Assembly (NCBI RefSeq): GCF_031769215.1
Contig: NW_026782322.1
Coordinates: forward strand, 1 to 64,000
Direction: 5' to 3'
DNA: 64,000 bases
Origin: Ylistrum balloti
Lineage: Eukaryota
Below, in pieces: positions 61,001 through 64,000 of the stretch (its first letter is position 1; every line of letters starts with the position of its first letter). Both the position numbers and the translations under genes were made by a program. Under the pieces are notes generated by a model. The model did not search any database, had not been told where the DNA came from, and was given only the letters and a program-made list of their open reading frames with translations.

Positions 61001-63713
61001 AGTCAGTGTAAGAAGTGCTCTTTGTTTCAGTACCTAATGTACAGCTGACACCTCTCTGTTCTCCACACTTCAGGCCAGGACCTCCCAGCGAACAAGCCCA
61101 AGTTATGAGTCAGTTTGTTGCAGAAGTCATCAAAAAGTAAGGACATTGTTTTAAGGACATGTACAATTTCTTGTACTTTCCTTCATGTTCATTACACTGT
61201 ATATTTTTGGGAACAGAATATAATACAAGATATATTTTTATATGACATCATATATAAATCACTCTCGTTGATCTGGATTGAATGTGTTAGAGGTTCCCTA
61301 GTACATAAAAGATGATTGTGTAACCACTGAACCATTTAACCACAGAGTCAAATTGATCACCAATTACACATGAATGATATTTATGTTAATTTTTATCAAT
61401 GTGTGGATATGTTCTTTCAGGGGACAGACTTTCAACTCCATATTGAAAACAAACTTTATAATAAAAAGGGTTAAATAAAGCATAGCTAAATGGAATAGAG
61501 TACATTTTTACCATCTTGTGTATTTTCTCGTCATCTCATCACTTTATTTTTAACCGTAGTGTACATAAGATAAGTACAACTGAAAAAGTTGGTTCATTCC
61601 TTACCATCTTATACACATTGGACGTCGGTGCTAGTACGCTTCACACTGGTCATTTGTCTGATGAAGATGACCATGTAGTCTTTGAAATGTCACACTCTAG
61701 TCTTCTTTAACTATTAACACTTTAACACTTGAAACATTTAGAAATAAGGCAAAGTTTGTGAAATAAGATAATATAGTGACTAACAATTTTCATTTTTGAT
61801 GATTATTTACACAGAAAATGAAATAAACATGTCCTGTCATCGCATTCAACATGATTTTCCTTAGAATACAAACCATAATGATGCTTAAATTATTTTAAGA
61901 CTTTTTTCCATTACAGTTCTGGATGTGTTGACTGTCAGAACTTGTGTGTGGTGCCTGGAAAGGTAAGAAAACCGGTCAGTTGTCACATTGACCTCATTAT
62001 GAGAGACACATTTCATCATGAATGAAGTGATACTGTATAATCATGATTTTTTGAGAGTAATTGATTTTTATTAATTTCCTGGGTACTCAGTATCCATAGA
62101 TTTATATATCCCCAAAGTGTTACAATTATCATGAAAAAACTTATTGAGATAGATTTTTACAAAATCAAATGTCCTTGAAATGATAAATTTTTTGAAGGCT
62201 ACAAAAATTTAGCCGCATGAAAATATATGAATTAACAGTAGCTGGGGGTTAGAGGCCAGTGAGGGTTACCTATACCACTTTTATTTATTATGGTCCATAT
62301 GGCTTGACTGGCTGGATAAGAATGATTCATTTATGGAATTAAGCACAGACCTGGGTTTTAATTCACTTATGGAATTAAGTACAGACCTGAGTTTTAAGCC
62401 TAATTTGCTTTTTGTGGAGAGCTTAAGAACAAAGACTTACAAATTTGCTTTAACATCAGCAAGTTTGTCGGAGGATCATGTGTCAAATGGAATGATTAGT
62501 TATTTGAGGTTCAGATAAACTGATTACAATAGCTTGACTGCGGTCATACCATTTATAAAAATGTCATATGCACTCTATACATATTGTTTTTGACATTAAC
62601 ATCTTATGATATTTCTCAGCTGGTATGGGTTCTGCACTGCGACCTGATGTGTTTGGACTATGATGGAAACATCTTTGACACTGCCATGTTGGCACTACTA
62701 GCAGCATTCAGAAATAGTAAGTTCAGAACAGGAACTTGTACATTTTTGGGTTGACAAGAATGAGGTACCCTTCATATTTATCTAACATCAAATGGAAATT
62801 TTTTTTTGGGAAAAGAAATTGAATACAATATCAAGAGTTTTTATTAGAAAATTGAGATTAGATTATAGGTTTTCTAGAGCAGTAATGCAGCAGTGATTCA
62901 CTTGTCTTTCACCTAAACTTCTGTAGTTCTGTTACCTGAAATGATATGAAAAGGTCACCTGCCTAAACACGGGTTTCCTCCCAAGTATTCCAGTTTCCTT
63001 CAGCAGTAAGACTCGTCTTGCACTTCCATGTAGGCCAACAAGAGTGATTGATATTAGTTTGAATTACTTGCTTTGCAACTGTTGTAAAATAAATAGTTTT
63101 ATTGAAAAGTTTTCATGATTTGGCTTCTATAGATATACCAGTATGATGTGAGAGGGGAAGCATTTCGATATAGGATGGTGATGTTTTGCCTTATCACTGA
63201 CTTGTCTTACAGGATGTTAGTCTTTATATTACATTAAACATAATTTTACCTGTCCACAGCTCATTTGCCTTTGGTCGAGGAGAAGGATGAAGTTCCTGAG
63301 GTTAACATGGATAAGATATCACCGTTAGTTGTCTCTTCACATCCTGTGTCATGTACATTCTCAATATTTGATGAGTAAGTAGTTAACAAGGTAATTGATG
63401 GTGGTGCAGGGTGGGGGAGCAGGACAAAAGTGGATAAGAGACACAAGTTAACTGAATATAATACTGTAAAAAGAGATGGACTGGGGTTAAGTTTGTGTTT
63501 TACATCTAGGTATAAAATCTTCTATTTAGTATAAAGTGATCAGACTGATACAGGCTGCATGTGCCTCTTTATCAAAGTTTCCTGTAAAATTATCCTTGTA
63601 CCATTACAGTCGTATCCTGTTTGTGGACCCCACGGTGGAGGAAGAGGGCCTGTCTACTGGCATGGTTACCATAGTAACAGTAGGCGACAAACTCTGCATG
63701 GTACACAAACCAG
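58007..63713 (+). CDS. EXOSC8: Exosome complex component RRP43; partial, last exon(s) beyond the window
   Basis: Exons 58007-58023, 58939-58975, 59277-59340, 59739-59812, 60457-60502, 61031-61136, 61917-61962, 62620-62716, 63260-63374, 63610-63713; phases consistent. Motifs [102 protein letters not shown]. No stop before position 64000. Confidence 0.96.
58199..58669 (+). mobile_element. tRNA-containing TRIM-like (Helenus-type) element in EXOSC8 intron 1, with dissimilar left and right LTR-like ends
   Basis: Left LTR-like segment ends AATAAA(58390)...GTGACA(58437); PBS-like TGGCGCCCATGTAGGGAC (58440-58457); short internal region; GGGGAG purine tract; right LTR 58532-58669 (TGTA...TACA) with A box TAGCTCGATTGG (58590-58601), B box GGTTCGATTCC (58621-58631) and AATAAA. 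The left boundary is uncertain. Confidence 0.65.
62031..62240. mobile_element. MITE of the TACTGT...ACAGTA family, copy 4
   Basis: TACTGTATAATCAT...ATGAATTAACAGTA termini and the shared subterminal GAAAATATATGA motif. Confidence 0.68.
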
Positions 63714-64000
63714 GTTGGTAACTATTGATCTGCTAGTGAATGGTGTGAGCTAGGTCGACAAAGTTAAAAACCATATACTGGGGTATAGATATCATACGTT
63801 TAAATGACTGTATCTGGAAAGGCTGTGTTTTTATATTTAGTTTGGTATTGAACTGTTTTTGGTTTGTGATATTTTATTTTATCACCAGTTAAATTTTTCA
63901 AATTTGCTTTGAGTTTTATTCAAAATTAAATATTCATTGGCTTGTTATTGTAGCTTCAGTTTGAAGTGAATTCTGAAGTGTGTTTTAATGCTATCTTAAA

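Overview
AT-rich eukaryotic (animal) genomic DNA; the repeat landscape suggests a mollusc, probably a bivalve (inference). Five intron-containing genes were reconstructed by hand from GT-AG boundaries with consistent reading-frame phases: an otopetrin proton channel (+), the mitochondrial zinc transporter SLC30A9/ZnT9 (-, 18 coding exons), a bacterial-like zinc-dependent deacetylase of the HDAC12/SYNPCC7002_A1628-like type rather than HDAC11 (+), the kinetochore RZZ subunit ZWILCH (-, 3 coding exons) and exosome subunit EXOSC8/RRP43 (+, runs off the right edge). SLC30A9/HDAC and ZWILCH/EXOSC8 are head-to-head pairs. Non-coding DNA holds large minisatellites (36, 34/50, 51-57, 42 and 78 bp units), which explain most long ORFs in the track, plus decayed non-LTR, Penelope-like, SINE, MITE and tRNA-containing TRIM-like elements. 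The most unusual items are: a tandem array made from an otopetrin exon/donor junction, giving nine extra AG|G junctions (eight with GT); a TRIM-like element with two dissimilar LTRs in EXOSC8 intron 1; a degenerate minimal hammerhead ribozyme; an AP-1/UPRE-rich minisatellite near the otopetrin 5' end; and a textbook CDE/CHR element upstream of ZWILCH. No CRISPR array, rRNA or intact tRNA gene is supported. All homology calls are from motif recognition, not database searches.
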